Assembly: GCF_963921235.1 (NCBI RefSeq)
Contig: NC_086097.1
Span: 171,928,001 to 171,992,000 of the forward strand
DNA from: Mobula hypostoma
Lineage: Eukaryota
Length of the DNA: 64,000 bases
Reading direction: 5' to 3'
Shown here piece by piece: positions 1 through 13,559 of this stretch; positions within the stretch are counted from its first letter, which is position 1, and every line of letters starts with the position of its first letter. Both the position numbers and the translations under genes were made by a program. Below the pieces are notes generated by a model. It did no database searches. It had not been told where the DNA came from and saw only the letters and a program-made list of their open reading frames with translations.

Positions 1-155
1 TTCACATGCCCATCTAAGAGCCTCTTGAACACTTCTGCTCCAGTTGCATTCACCACCACCCCAGAAGCACTTTCCAGGCACCCACTACTCTCTGTGTAAA
101 ACACTTGCCATACATATGCCTCTGGAATTTACCCTCTCTCACTTTAAATGCATCT
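1..155 (-). mobile_element. Old CR1 LINE 3' ORF2 fragment
   Basis: Reverse strand reads ...FTQRVVGAWKVLLGVVVNATGAEVFKRLLDGH, the CR1 ORF2 C-terminus (compare 1600-1700). Confidence 0.75.
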
Positions 156-174
156 GTTGAAAGGAATGGTTCAC

Positions 175-573
175 AGGGACATTCCTCCCCACCATCAGTA
201 GTATCAACAGAAGCACTACTTCAAAAATGCAACATCAAAGATCCCCACCATCTGGGCCATGCTATCTACTCACAGTTACTACCAGGCAGAAGGTACAAAT
301 GTCTAAAGTCCCACACCAGCAGGTTCAAGAACAGCCATTTCCCTTCAACCATCCTTGAGCCAACTGGCAAAATCATAATGACTATAGTTCAGCAACATTA
401 TGATCACATTGCACTAAAATGGACTCCTTTTTGTTTCTCTCTACTTGTGTTCTTTCTTGTAACAAAAGTGTTTTATTTATGTTTAATTTATGCCTTTCTT
501 GAGAATGTGCTTGTATGATGCTATTTGCCAGTGATACTGTAGCAAGTAAGTTTTTCCTTGGGGTAGTATATAC
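175..573 (+). mobile_element. Rex1/Babar-type LINE 3' fragment, interrupted by CR1 (tail resumes about 1851-1875)
   Basis: IKDPHHLGHAIYSQLLPGRRYKCLKSHTSRFKNSHFP matches the Rex1 C-terminal motif DPxHPGHxLFxLLPSGRRYRS...RFxNSFFP. AATAAA and the tail follow the CR1. Confidence 0.75.
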
Positions 574-1749
574 ATGACGAATCTCATAGAATTTTTTGAG
601 GATGTAACTAGTAGAGTGGATAGGGGAGAACCAGTGGATGTGGTATATTTGGATTTTCAAAAGGCTTTTGACAAGGTCCCACACAGGAGATTAGTGTGCA
701 AACTTAAAGCACACGGTATTGGGGGTAAGGTATTGGTGTGGGTGGAGAATTGGTTAGCAGACAGGAAGCAAAGAGTGGGAATAAACGGGACCTTTTCAGA
801 ATGGCAGGCAGTGACTAGTGGGGTACCGCAAGGCTCAGTGCTGGGACCCCAGTTGTTTACAATATATATTAATGACTTGGATGAGGGAATTAAATGCAGC
901 ATCTCCAAGTTTGCGGATGACACGAAGCTGGGTGGCAGTGTTAGCAGTGAGGAGGATGCTAAGAGGATGCAGGGTGACTTGGATAGGTTGGGTGAGTGGG
1001 CAAATTCATGGCAGATGCAATTTAATGTGGATAAATGTGAAGTTATCCACTTTGGTGGCAAAAATAGGAAAACAGATTATTATCTGAATGGTGGCCGATT
1101 AGGAAAAGGGGAGGTGCAACGAGACCTGGGTGTCATTATACACCAGTCATTGAAAGTGGGCATGCAGGTACAGCAGGCGGTGAAAAAGGCGAATGGTATG
1201 CTGGCATTTATAGCGAGAGGATTCGAGTATAGGAGCAGGGAGGTACTACTGCAGTTGTACAAGGCCTTGGTGAGACCACACCTGGAGTATTGTGTGCAGT
1301 TTTGGTCCCCTAATCTGAGGAAAGACATCCTTGCCATAGAGGGAGTACAAAGAAGGTTCACCAGATTGATTCCTGGGATGGCAGGACTTTCATATGAAGA
1401 AAGACTGGATGAACTGGGCTTGTACTCGTTGGAATTTAGAAGATTGAGGGGGGATCTGATTGAAACATATAAGATCCTAAAGGCATTGGACAGGCTAGAT
1501 GCAGGAAGATTGTTCCCGATGTTAGGGAAGACCAGAACGAGGGGCCACAGTTTGAGGATAGAGGGGAAGCCTTTTAGGACCGAGATTAGGAAAAACTTCT
1601 TCACACAGAGAGTGGTGAATCTGTGGAATTCTCTGCCACAGGAAACTGTTGAGGCCAGTTCATTGGCTATATTTAAGAGGGAGTTAGATATGGCCCTTGT
1701 GGCTACGGGGGTCAGGGGGTATGGAGGGAAGGCTGGGGCGGGGTTCTGA
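574..1749 (+). CDS. CR1 ORF2 reverse transcriptase, N-terminally truncated (391 aa open)
   Basis: Motifs YLDFQKAFDKVPH, SGVPQGSVLGP, KFADDTKL and FFTQRVVNLWNSLP. The ATG comes from the insertion junction and is not a native start. Confidence 0.85.
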   Translation: MTNLIEFFEDVTSRVDRGEPVDVVYLDFQKAFDKVPHRRLVCKLKAHGIGGKVLVWVENWLADRKQRVGINGTFSEWQAVTSGVPQGSVLGPQLFTIYINDLDEGIKCSISKFADDTKLGGSVSSEEDAKRMQGDLDRLGEWANSWQMQFNVDKCEVIHFGGKNRKTDYYLNGGRLGKGEVQRDLGVIIHQSLKVGMQVQQAVKKANGMLAFIARGFEYRSREVLLQLYKALVRPHLEYCVQFWSPNLRKDILAIEGVQRRFTRLIPGMAGLSYEERLDELGLYSLEFRRLRGDLIETYKILKALDRLDAGRLFPMLGKTRTRGHSLRIEGKPFRTEIRKNFFTQRVVNLWNSLPQETVEASSLAIFKRELDMALVATGVRGYGGKAGAGF

Positions 1750-1845
1750 GTTGGATGATCAGCCATGATCATAATAAATGGCGGTGCAGGCTCGAAGGGC
1801 CGAATGGCCTACTCCTGCACCTATTTTCTATGTTTCTATGTTTCT
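579..1845 (+). mobile_element. Young 5'-truncated CR1 LINE
   Basis: Uninterrupted RT C-terminal half, CR1 3'UTR, (TTTCTATG)n tail at about 1825-1848, and candidate 5-bp TSD ATGAC (574-578 / 1846-1850). Confidence 0.95.
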
Positions 1846-2534
1846 ATGACAATAAACATGACTTTGATTTTGACATTTTAGGTTGAAACCCTGGACACAT
1901 ATGATTATGTGGTTGATGGTCAGCATGAATTCAATGGGCAGAAGGGTCTGTCCATTTCTTTCTGGTAGAAAGGTGAGAGTTCATCACCTTTTTGATGTGT
2001 TCTAAAAACATGTTTTCATAAACAATATGCAAAAATATTTAGTTCTGAAATATAGAATTATTTTGGCTTTTTAAAACTGAAGTAATTTCCCCAAGAGAAA
2101 GCAGAAATCTCATTGAAAAAAAATGCATCAATATATGAAAATGGAGAATTGATTTGAAGTGTAAATGGATAAAACCTATCAAATGAAACTTTAACTGGAA
2201 TACTGTACAACAGGAACTGTCTGCTGACAGGAAACAGAGGAGAGAGCTGGGTCACACATATATCATGTTGAATGAGAATTCAGATGTCAGTAATGCCGTG
2301 AAAGGTGCAATACGGGATACAGAATTGATTCATTCAGCGGCTTAACGTGCTGCTGGCAGTAAATAATTTATGGGTAGTCATAATATATGTCGAAAGGCCA
2401 ACTAACGTGTTTATTAACGCAGTTTATCAAATTCAGGGGAATGGTGTGTCCTTTACTAGTTCACCAGTATCGTAGGTTTACCCCACAAACCTTTTACAAC
2501 CAAATCACATTATGAGAGACATAAATAAGAACAC

Positions 2535-3180
2535 AGCAAAGAAACTGTTCCTGAATCATTAAGTATATGTTTTCATGCTCCTGTGCCTCCTCCCTGACAG
2601 TAGTAATGAGAAAGGGGCATGTCCCTGACACTGGATGAATGTCAGCTTCTTGCGCTGCTGACTCGTAAACATGTCCTCGATGGTGGGGTGGGTTCTGGCC
2701 ATGACAGAGTTGGTCGAGTCTACAGCCCTTTGCGTCTTCCTGTGGTCCTGTGCATTGGAGCCTCCATAACAGGCTGTGATGCAACCAGTCAGAATGCTCT
2801 CCACCATACATGCATAGAAACGTGCAAGGGTCTTTGGGGACATACCAAATCTCCTCAACCTCCTAATGAAGTATAGCTGCTGGCATGACTATTTTGCTGG
2901 CCGGCTGGTGGCATAGTGGCATCAGCACCGGACTTCGGAGCGAAGGCTCCCGAGTTTGAATCCAGCCGGCTCCCTTGCACGCTTTCCATACGTGCTGGGT
3001 TGAGTGTCGAGCCAGCAACTCAGCCTCATAAAAATAAGAAAGCCTGCTAAAAAAAACGGCGTCATGACAACGTCCCGATGACTCCACTCGGAGTTAAAGG
3101 CTTTCTTCTTGACTATTTTGCAATTGTATCTGTATGTTGGAGCAATTATAGATCATTTTTAGATGTTGAAGCCCAGGAAC
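2535..3180 (-). mobile_element. Rex1/Babar LINE fragment split by a SINE
   Basis: RRFGMSPKTLARFY..VESILTGCITACYG and PFSLLLSGRRHRS motifs. Confidence 0.75.
2898..3109 (+). mobile_element. tRNA-derived SINE with 12-bp TSD
   Basis: A box TGGCATAGTGG, B box GAGTTTGAATCC, acceptor-like stem GCCGGCTG/CAGCCGGC, (CTT)n tail. TSD TGACTATTTTGC at 2886-2897 and 3110-3121. Confidence 0.9.
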
Positions 3181-3279
3181 AGCAGCACCTGGAAGAAATC
3201 CAGAGGGAGAGCTTACGAATTCCAGACAGGATTGAACCCGGTTCCCTGAAGCATGAGGTAACAGATCTGCTGGCATAAC

Positions 3280-3560
3280 CCTACAGCACCCATGATTAGG
3301 GTTCAATTCCTGCCACTGTCTGTAAGGAGTCTGCATGTTCTCCCGATGACCACATGGGCTTCTTCCTACTGCTCTGGTTTCTTCCCTCATTCCAAAGACG
3401 TATGGGTTAGTATGTGTAAACAGGTTGTGGGCATGTTATGTTTGGACCAGAAGAGTGGTGAATCCAGCGCATCCTCAGACTGTGTTAGTTATTGAAGCAA
3501 AACCATGCATTTCACTGTATGCTTCAATGTAAAGGTGACAAATAAAGCTAATCATTATAT
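3280..3560 (+). mobile_element. V-SINE-like element (HE1/DANA superfamily)
   Basis: B-box-like GGGTTCAATTCC followed by a V-domain-like GGAGTCTGCATGTTCTCCC...CTCTGGTTTCTTCCCTCATTCCAAAGAC. Confidence 0.7.
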
Positions 3561-3858
3561 TTTATTAGCTGTGCCCCTGTTCATACCTTATGTGTATCCA
3601 TATGCAGTCTCCGAAACTATCCATGATATACAGTTGAAGTCAGAAATTTACATACACCTTAGCCAAATACAATTAAACTCAGTTTTTCACAATTCCTGAC
3701 ATTTAATCCTAGAAAACATTCCCTGCCTTAGGTCTGTTAGGATCACTACTTTATTTTAAGAATGTGAAATGTCAGAATAAAAGTAGAGAGAATGATTTAT
3801 TTCAGCTTTTATTTCTTTCATCACTTTCCCAGTAGGTCAGAAGTTTACATACACTTTG

Positions 3859-4054
3859 TTAGTATTTGGTAGCATTGCCTTTAAATGGTTTAACTTGGGT
3901 CAAGTGTTTTGAGTAGCCTTCCACAGTAAATTGCTGGAATTTTGTTCCATTCCTCCAGACAGAACTGCTGTAACTGAGTCAGGTTTGTAGGCCTCCTTGC
4001 TCGCACACGCTTTTTCAGTTCTGCCCACAAATTTTCTGTCGGATTGAGGTCAGA
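3859..4054 (-). pseudogene. Inverted C-terminal piece of the SB-like transposase
   Basis: Minus strand reads DLNPTENLWAELKKRVRARRPTNLTQL... and, after a small deletion, ...FKGNATKY*, directly abutting the TIR. Confidence 0.9.
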
Positions 4055-4064
4055 AAATGATGTC

Positions 4065-4956
<892 letters not shown>

Positions 4957-5173
4957 CTGTATTTAACAAAATCCCCACATCCACCCTGTGCATTTGACCA
5001 ATATTTCATATTTCATATCTATTTTTTCCATTATCTTGCACTCAGTCTTGAACATCCTTTCCACAACATGGATTCTATCAGTTCCTTGTGGACCATTTAA
5101 TCCCTTCAGACACTTAGTTTTACAGTTCTCCCCACATTCTTATTAGCTCCACCAGGTTCCTTCCCTCAGATTT

Positions 5174-7255
5174 ACTATCAACGACTTTATCCGCTCAGGG
5201 GATCTCCCATCCACTGCTACCAACCTTATAGTTCCCACACCCCGCACTTCCCGTTTCTGCCTCCTACCCAAGATCCACAAACCTGCCTGTCCTGGCAGAC
5301 CTATTGTCTCAGCTTGCTCCTGCCCCACCGAACTCGTTTCTGTATACATCGACACGGATTTATCCCCCCTTGTTCAATCCCTTCCTACCTATGTTCGTGA
5401 CACTTCTCACGCTCTTAAACTTTTCGATGATTTTAAGTTCCCTGGCCCCCACCGCTTTATTTTCACCATGGATGTCCAGTCCCTATATACTTCCATCCCC
5501 CATCAGGATGGTCTCAAAGCTCTCCACTTCTTTTTGGATTCCAGACCTAATCAGTTCCCCTCTACCACCACTCTGCTCCGTCTAGCAGAATTAGTCCTTA
5601 CTCTTAATAATTTCTCCTTTGGCTCCTCCCACTTCCTCCAAACTAAAGGTGTAGCTATGGGCACCCGTGTGGGTCCTAGCTATGCCTGTCTTTTTGTTGG
5701 CTTTGTGGAACAATCTATGTTCCGTGCCTATTCTGGTATCTGCCCCCACTTTTCCTTCGCTACATCGACGACTGCATTGGCGCTGCTTCCTGCACGCATG
5801 CAGAACTCGTTGACTTTATTAACTTTGCCTCCAACTTTCACCCTGCCCTCAAGTCTACCTGGTCCATTTCCGACACCTCCCTCCCCTTTCTAGATCTTTC
5901 TGTCTCTGTCTCTGGAGACAGCTTATCCACTGATGTCTACTATAAGCCTACTGACTCTCACAGCTATCTGGACTATTCCTCTTCTCACCCTGTCTCTTGT
6001 AAAAACGCCATCCCCTTCTCGCAATTCCTCCGTCTCCGCCGCATCTGCTCTCAGGATGAGGCTTTTCATTCTAGGACGAGGGAGATGTCTTCATTTTTTA
6101 AAGAAAGGGGCTTCCCTTCCTCCACTATCAACTCTGCTCTTAAACGCATCTCCCCCATTTCACGTACATCTGCTGTCACTCCATCCTCCCACCACCCCAC
6201 TAGGAATAGGGTTCCCCTGGTCCTCACCTACCACCCCACCAGCCTCTGGGTCCAACATATTATTCTCCGTAACTTCTGCCACCTCCAACGGGATCCCACC
6301 ACTAAGCACATCTTTCCCTCCCCCCCTCTCTCTGCATTCCACAGGGATCGCTCCCTACACAACTCCCTTGTCCATTCGTTTCCCCCCCCATCCCTCCCCA
6401 CTGATCTCCCTCCTGGCACTTATCCGTGTAAGCGGAACAAGTGCTACACATGCCCTTACACTTCCTCCCTTACCACCATTCAGGGCCCCAAACAGTCCTT
6501 CCAGGTGAGGCATCACTTCACCTGTGAGTCGACTGGGGTGATATACTGCGTCCGGTGCTCCCGATGTGGCCTTTTATATATTGGTGAGACCCGACGCAGA
6601 CTGGGAGACCGCTTTGCTGAACATCTACGCTCTGTCCGCCAGAGAAAGCAGGATCTCCCAGTGGCCACACATTTTAATTCCACATCCCATTCCCATTCTG
6701 ACATGTCTATCCACGGCCTCCTCTACTGTAAAGATGAAGCCACACTCAGGTTGGAGGAACAACACCTTATATTCCGTATGGGTAGCCTCCAACCTGATGG
6801 CATGAACATTGACTTCTCTAACTTCCGCTAGGCCCCACCTCCCCCTCGTACCCCATCTGTTACTCTTTTTTATGCACACATTCTTTCTCTCACTCTCCTT
6901 TTTCTCCCTCTGTCCCTCTGAATATACCTCTTGCCCATCCTCTGGGTCACCCCCCCCGTCTTTCTTCCCAGACCTCCTGTCCCATGATCCTCTCGTATCC
7001 CCTTTTGCCTATCACCTGTCCAGCTCTTGGCTCTATCCCTCCCCCTCCTGTCTTCTCTTATCATTTTGCATCTCCCCCTCCCCCTCCACTTTCAAATCCC
7101 TTACTCACTCTTCCTTCAGTTAGTCCTGACTAAGGGTCTCGGCCTGAAACGTCGACTGCGCCTCTTCCTATAGATGCTGCCTGGCCTGCTGCGTTCACCA
7201 GCAACTTTGATGTGTGTTGCTTGAATTTCCAGCATCTGCAGAATTCCTGTTGTTT
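5174..7255 (+). mobile_element. 5'-truncated Penelope-like retroelement (Neptune-type), same family as 35047-38743
   Basis: RT motifs LLPKIHKP, MDVQSLYTSIP, GVAMGT and YIDD (5761). Cys motif CKRNKCYTC and GIY-YIG GVIYCVRCSRCGLLYIGET. Stop at 6831, then the 3' terminal repeat. Confidence 0.95.
7122..7157 (+). ncRNA. Minimal hammerhead ribozyme, probably inactivated (CTGACTA, G8>U)
   Basis: AGTC CTGACTA AGGGTCTCGGCCT GAAAC GTC GACT; one substitution relative to the intact copies at 35143 and 38656. Confidence 0.75.
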
Positions 7256-7519
7256 AAGACAGGGAATGTTTTCTAGGATTAAGTGTCAGGAATTGTGAAA
7301 AACTGAGTTTAAATGTGTTTGGCTAAGGTGTATGTAAACTTCTGACTTCAACTGTACACTTGACCAGATGATGCTGAGTCAGGGTTAAGATTCTAATGCC
7401 AGTCATGGGATCCTCACTGTCACACAAAACTTTTCCAGCTACATACCATCCAATAATCTTACCACCTTTATTACAGATGATAGTCCACCAGGCCAAGGAT
7501 GTTGTGGGCAGACTCAAAA

Positions 7520-8470
7520 ACAGAAGCAGGTTTATTATCACTGACATGAGTTATGAAATTCTTTGTACTTTGGCAGCAGCACAGTGCTGGCATAACTAAT
7601 TACTTTAAATTACAGTACAATAACAAACGAACAAACAAACAGTCCACCAGAGAAATACTGATATCGTATTCATGGGTTCACGGACTGTTTAAAAGTCTAA
7701 TGGCAGAGGGCAAGAAGCTGTTCTTAAAAGTTTGGGAGTAGATTTTCAGGCTCCTGCCTCCTGCACCCTCTCCCTGATGATGGTTGTGAGAAGAGGGCAC
7801 CTCATGGATGAGGAAGATCCATAATGATGAATGTCACCTTCTGAAGTCACCTTCAACGGTGGGGAGGATTGTGCCCATGATGGACTTGGCTGAGCCTAGG
7901 GTCCTCCGAAGTTCTCTTACAATCCTGTGCATTGGAGCAACCAGTCAAAATGCTTTAAATACAGGTGGTGGATACCATGGAGCTCCCTGATGCAAGGCAT
8001 TTCCCCACTGATGTTAAATGCCTACAATGATCGATGACGGTCGAACAGTTGGAAAATGACTACCACATTGATACAATGTTGAAGGCACACCAGGTGCTAT
8101 GCTTCATTAAGAGTTTGAAGAGATTTGGTATGACACTAAAGACTCTAGTAAATTTTTACAGATGTACTGTGAAGAGCTTTCACCTACCTGGTACAGAGGC
8201 TTCACAATGCACACAATCATAAAAGACCTCAGGAGACTGACAACCAGCACTCAACATTTTAGGAACAGCTTCTTCCTCTCTGCAATCAGATTTCTGAATG
8301 GTCTGTGAATCCATGAACACACTAACTCACTATTCCTCTTTTATATTAGCTATTTATTTAGTTTTATTTTAATTTATAGTAATTTGTTATGCCTGCACTG
8401 TGCTGTTGCTACAAAACAACAAATTTCCTGACTATTGCAAGTGACAATAAATCTGATACCAATTTTCAAT
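7520..8470. mobile_element. Two old Rex1/Babar fragments (about 7520-7950 minus; about 8060-8470 plus)
   Basis: LKRFGMTLKTLVNFYRCTVKS and FRNSFF-type motifs, with typical AT-rich 3'UTRs. Confidence 0.6.
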
Positions 8471-8604
8471 CTCAAATTTTTAAATACTTCACATAAATCA
8501 AAAATATAAATGAAAATATTTGAGTAAAAGTAATTCAGAAATACTCCTGTAAATCAATTAAAATATTAACATTAACAAAGGGAGAATATCAAACATCTGA
8601 ACAT

Positions 8605-9160
8605 CCCAATTAAAGTTGACTAAATTCAATCAAGTTAGTATGACACAGCTTCCCCCGAACCATGCCATACTGGTTCTCCCTAATTAGACCATAGTTTTCT
8701 AAAAGCTCATAAATCCTATCCCTAAGAATTCTCCCCAGTAACTTCCCTACCACTGACGTGAAACTCACCGGTCTGTTGTTTACAGGGCTATCCCTTCTTG
8801 AATAATAGAGCAACACTGTCTACTCACCAGCTCTCCAGGAACTCAGCTGTGGCTGGAGAGGACACAAAGCTTTTGACCAAGGCCCCAGCATTCTCATCTC
8901 CTGTCTCCTTCCATAACCCAGGGTATATCCCAGCAGGACCTGGGGATTTATCCAACACCACTACCCTTTTTATCTCAAAATGCCCTAGTGAATCAATCAA
9001 CTTGGCTCTGTTCTCTCTATCCTCCACATTCTTTTTCTTGATAAATACGGATGTAAAGTACTCATTAAGTACCTCACCTATACCCTCAGCATCCAAGCAT
9101 TCCCTCTTTATCTTGAGGGGGCCTACCCTCTGCCTAGTTATCCTCTTACTCTTGATGTAT
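8605..9160 (-). mobile_element. Old CR1 ORF2 fragment (continues about 10549-10680 beyond a Rex1 insertion)
   Basis: EVLNEYFTSVF, DKSPGPAGIYP, NNRPVSFTSVVGKLL and QYGMVRGKLCHTNLIEF. Confidence 0.8.
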
Positions 9161-10548
9161 CAGAATCAGGATTATTATCACTGGCATTTGTCGTGAAATT
9201 TGTTAATTTAGCAGCAACAGTTCAATGCAATACATAATATAGAAGAAGAATAATAAAAAATAAATAAATCAATTACAGTACCTGTATATTGAATGGATAA
9301 AAATTGTGCAAAAACAGAAATAATATATTTAAAAAGTGAGATAATGTTCATGGGTTCAATGTCCATTTAAGAATTAATTGGATGGCAGACAGGCAGAAGC
9401 TGTTCCTGAATCACTAAGTGTGTGCCTTCAGGCTTCTGTACCTCCCACCTGATGGTAACAGTGAGAAAAGGGCATGCCCTGGGTGCTGGGGTCCTTAATA
9501 ATGGACGCTGCCTTTCTGAGACACTGCTCCCTGAAGATGTCCTGGGTACTTTGTAGGCTAGTACCCAAGATAGAGCTGACTAAATTTTTGACCCTTTGCA
9601 GCTTCTTTTGGTCCTGTGGAGTAGTACCCCCCCCCCCCCACCGCCATACCAGACAGTGATGCAGCCTGTCAGAATGCTCTCCACAGTATATCTGTAGACA
9701 TTTTTAAGTGTTTCTATTGACATACCAAATCTCTTCAAACTCCTAATAAAGTATGGTCACTGTCTTGTCTTCTTTATAGCTGCATCGATATGTTATGACC
9801 AAGTTAGGTCCTCAGAGATCTTGACATCCAGAAACTTGAAAATGCTCACTCTCTCCTCCTCTGATCCCTATGAGGACTGGTATGTGTTCCTTCATCTTAC
9901 CCTTCCTGAAGTCCACAGTCAGCTCTTTTGTCTTACTGACGTTGAGTGCCAGGTTGTTTCTGTAACACTACTCCACTAGTTGGTGTGTCTCGCTCCTGTA
10001 TGTCCTTTTATCTCCATCTGCGGTTCTACCAACAACGGTTATATGATCAGCAAATTTATAGATGGTATTTGAGCTATGCCTAGCCACACAGTTATGGGTA
10101 TACAGAGAGTAGATCAGTGGGCTAAGCGCACACCCCTGAGGTGCACCAGTGTTGATCGGCAGCAATGAGGAGATATTATCACCAATCCGCACAGGTTGTG
10201 GTCTTCCGGTTAGGAAGACAAGGATCTAATTGCAGAGGAAGGTAGAGAGGCCCAGGTTCTGTAACTTATCAATCAGGATTGTGGGGATGATGGTGTTAAA
10301 TGCTATAGTCGCTAGACAGCATCTTGACATAGGCGTTTGTATTGTCCAGGTGATCTAAGGCCATGTGAAGAGCTATTGAGATTGCATCTGCTGTTGACCT
10401 ATTGTGGCGATAAGCAAATTGCAGTGGGTCCAAGTCCTTGCTGAGGCAGGAGTTCAGTCTAGTCACGACCTACCTTCCAAAGCATTTTACCACTGTAGAT
10501 GTGAGTGCTACCAGGTGATAGTCATCATGGCAGCTCACATTATTACTT
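9160..10548 (-). mobile_element. Rex1/Babar LINE, 5'-truncated, nested in CR1
   Basis: [27 protein letters not shown] motifs and a (GATTCT)n tail at about 9160-9172. Same family as 11628 and 56539. Confidence 0.88.
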
Positions 10549-11627
10549 AGAATGCCTTGGGATTCTCTTAACTCATCCTTGCCGAGGACTTTTCATAGTC
10601 CCTCCTGCCTTTCCTAATTCACTTGAGTTCTTTTCTGGCTCTGTTTTATTCTAGCTTTCTTCACCTTAAGTACATACTGTGACCCAACCTGCTCTACCTT
10701 CTAAGCTGGAAAGAATTCTAGAGACTCACCACCTACTGGGACAAGAAATTTCTAAACATCTCACTATTAATTGACTGACTCCCTAGACTTCCACTAGTGT
10801 AAAGATTTTGGAATCTATCCTGTCTACCTTATCAATACTGCTTAGGATCCTGTGCATTTGAAAAAGGTCACCTTTTATTCTTCAAACTGTCTAGCCTCTT
10901 TTGATAGTACAAGGAACTCCTCTCATCCAAGGAATTAGTCCAGTGAATCTCCATACAACTGCTTCAAATGCTAATAATTTCATTTTCCACATTAGAATAA
11001 TCAAGGCCAAATTGTTCTTGTTCTGACAAAGTTGAGGACAGATTTCTTCTAAGGGACCTTTACACAATGACAAGGAATTCCTTGTATTCTACCATGCATC
11101 AAAACTGATGCAACTTCTTATGAGCAGCAGTTAGCAGTAATAGAGAGATAAAGAACTGCCTCTTTTACTACTAAAATCCAAAATGATTTATAGGAAGGTA
11201 TGCTCCACTTCATTGAACAACAGTAAATCTTTGCAATTAGCAGCGAGGTGAGTAAGCCAGGATAATAAATACTGCTGACAATTTTATAGCAAAGCACCAA
11301 TATTTATTGCAGAATTAGACAAGCTATTCTGACTACACAATTAGCTTCTGGCTTTGGTAAAGATGATTGAATGTGCCCTACATCTGAGGCATTAACTTTG
11401 AACCGAAGGTGCAATGGTCTATTTGGTACTTTGTGTTTCCTCTGTCACTTAATGCAATCATGGTTGATCTTTTACCATTGCTTCAGTTTTTTTTCCTTTC
11501 TCCCTTGGCTATCCTTAATATTCAAGAAGCAAACAGCTTCTCCCTTTAACATACGTGGTAACTGAGCTTCTATATCCTTAGAAAATTTTACAATGTCATG
11601 GACCCTGCAGGCCTGGGCACCCATAGT

Positions 11628-12082
11628 TCAGAATCAGAATTAGGTTTATTATCATCAGCATGTGACGTGAAATTTGTTAACTTAGCAGCAGCAGCTCAAT
11701 GGAATACATAATCTAGCAGAGAAAAAAAATTATAATAATAATAATAAATAAAAATTTTAAAATAATAATAAATAAACATGTAAATCAATTACATATATTG
11801 AATAGATTTTTAAAATGTGCAAAAATAGAAATACTGTATATTAAAAAAGTGAGGTAGTGTCCAAACATTCAATGTCCATTTAGGCATCGGATGGCAGAGG
11901 GGAAGAAGCTGTTCCTGAATCACTGAGTGTGCGCTTTCAGGTTTCTGTACCTCCCACCTGATGGTAACAATGAGAAAAGAGGATGCCCTGGGTGCTGGAG
12001 GTCCTTAATAATGGACGCTGCCTTTCTGAGACACCACTTCCTGAAGGTGTCCTGGGTACTTTGTAGGCTAGTACCCAAGATG
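11628..12082 (-). mobile_element. Rex1/Babar 3' end
   Basis: CLRKAASIIKDLQHPGHPLFSLLPSGGRYRNLKAHTQ and a (GATTCT)n tail. Confidence 0.85.
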
Positions 12083-12874
12083 TCAATTGTTCTCTTATCT
12101 GGAGTCCATAAGACCATAAGATATAGGAGCATAATTAGGCAATTTGGCCCATTGAGTCTACTCCACCATTTAATCATGGTTGATCCTTTTTTTCCCTCCT
12201 CAGCCCCACTCTCCAGCCTTCTCCCTGTAACATTTGATGCCATGTCCAATCAAAATATCTTCTTACCACAGTCCTTACTTTAAATCAGAATTAGATTTAT
12301 TATCCTCAACTTAGATGAGGTGAAACTTGTTAGTAATTCTGATTCAGCCTTTTGAATTTTCTGCCTAAGAAGTTTATAGATGTTCATTTGCCAAGTATAT
12401 TAAAAGCAGAAACTGTTAGCTTTAAGTCTGTGATCACTGATCCTAAACATATTCATCAAATACAATAAAAGCATTTAAGAGACTCTTAGATAGGTACTTG
12501 AATGTGCAGGAAATGAAAGGATGTGTATCATGTGCAGGCAGAAGGAACTAGTTTAATTTTGCTGCAGTTTTGCCCTTTTCCTGTGACGTATGTTCGGTGT
12601 TCCACGTGCCGTGTTCATTGCTCTATGTTCTATGTACTTTTCGGGTTTACAGAAGTGCTGGAGTGGGAGACTAATTGAAAAGATCTTTAAATACACAACT
12701 CAGGCATAATCAGCACCCCTTTGTTGGTTTTATTCATTTGCAGAACACAGGCTCAACTGAAACATATAGAAGATACAGAATAATACAATACAGGAGCAGG
12801 CTTTTCCGGTCCCAATATCTGTGCTGACCATAACACCAAAGTAAACTAAACCTATCTACTTGCACATAAAGATG

Positions 12875-13468
12875 CAAGAGAGACTGCAGTTGCTGGAAAT
12901 CTGGAGCAATACACACAAAATGCTGGAGGAATTTAGCAGGGCAGGCAACATCTGTGGAGGAGAGTAAACAGTCAACATTCTGTGTACCAGTCTTGTGAAG
13001 GAACTTGGTCTGAAACATTGACTGTACATTTCTCTCTATAGATGCTTCAGTCAGGCATTACCCAGACTGCACCGGGAGTATGGTGAGCAGTTTCTGGTCC
13101 CTTATCTAAGAAAGGACCAGAGGGCACAGCCTCAGAAAGGAGGGGCAAACTACTTAGAACAGAGAGGAGGAGGAATTTCTTATGCCAGAACGTGGTGTAT
13201 CTGTGCAATTCATTAATACAGATGGCTGTGCTGGCCTGATCATTGAGTGTATTTAAAGCAGAAGTTGATAAGTTCTCGATTAGTTAGGGTGTTGTAAGTG
13301 ATGGGGTAAAGACATGAGAATGAGATTGAGAGTGATAAATCAGCCATCATGGAATGGTGGAGCAGACTTGATGGGCCAAATGGCCTAATTCTACTTCTAC
13401 TCTTATGGACTTAAGGTCTTATGCTGCCTGACCTGCTGAGTTCCTGAAGTGTTTTTTTTGTGTGTTGC
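12875..13468. mobile_element. Fold-back PLE-end mini-element with degenerate HHR (about 12989-13023), split by a CR1 3' fragment (about 13047-13420)
   Basis: Arms GCAATACACACAAAATGCTGGAGGAATTTAGCAGG... and ...CCTGCTGAGTTCCTGAAG..TGTGTGTTGC are inverted repeats. ATGCT is duplicated around the CR1 piece. Confidence 0.7.
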
Positions 13469-13559
13469 CTACATATGGTTCATTTTCTTCCACTTCCTAA
13501 ATGTTCTAAATGCCTGTCTAAATGCTCTTACATGCCTCTTTTGTTCTCACTTCCACCAT

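Noticed and set aside
657..1772. Minus-strand ORFs of 134 and 230 aa
   Set aside because: Antisense shadows of the CR1 RT frame.
2900..2972. Functional tRNA gene
   Set aside because: Imperfect anticodon stem and B box, continues into a SINE body, and is flanked by a TSD.
5933..6508. 191-aa Pro/Ser-rich ORF (and its twin at 35795-36367)
   Set aside because: Alternative frame of the C-rich PLE sequence; conservation is explained by recent common origin.
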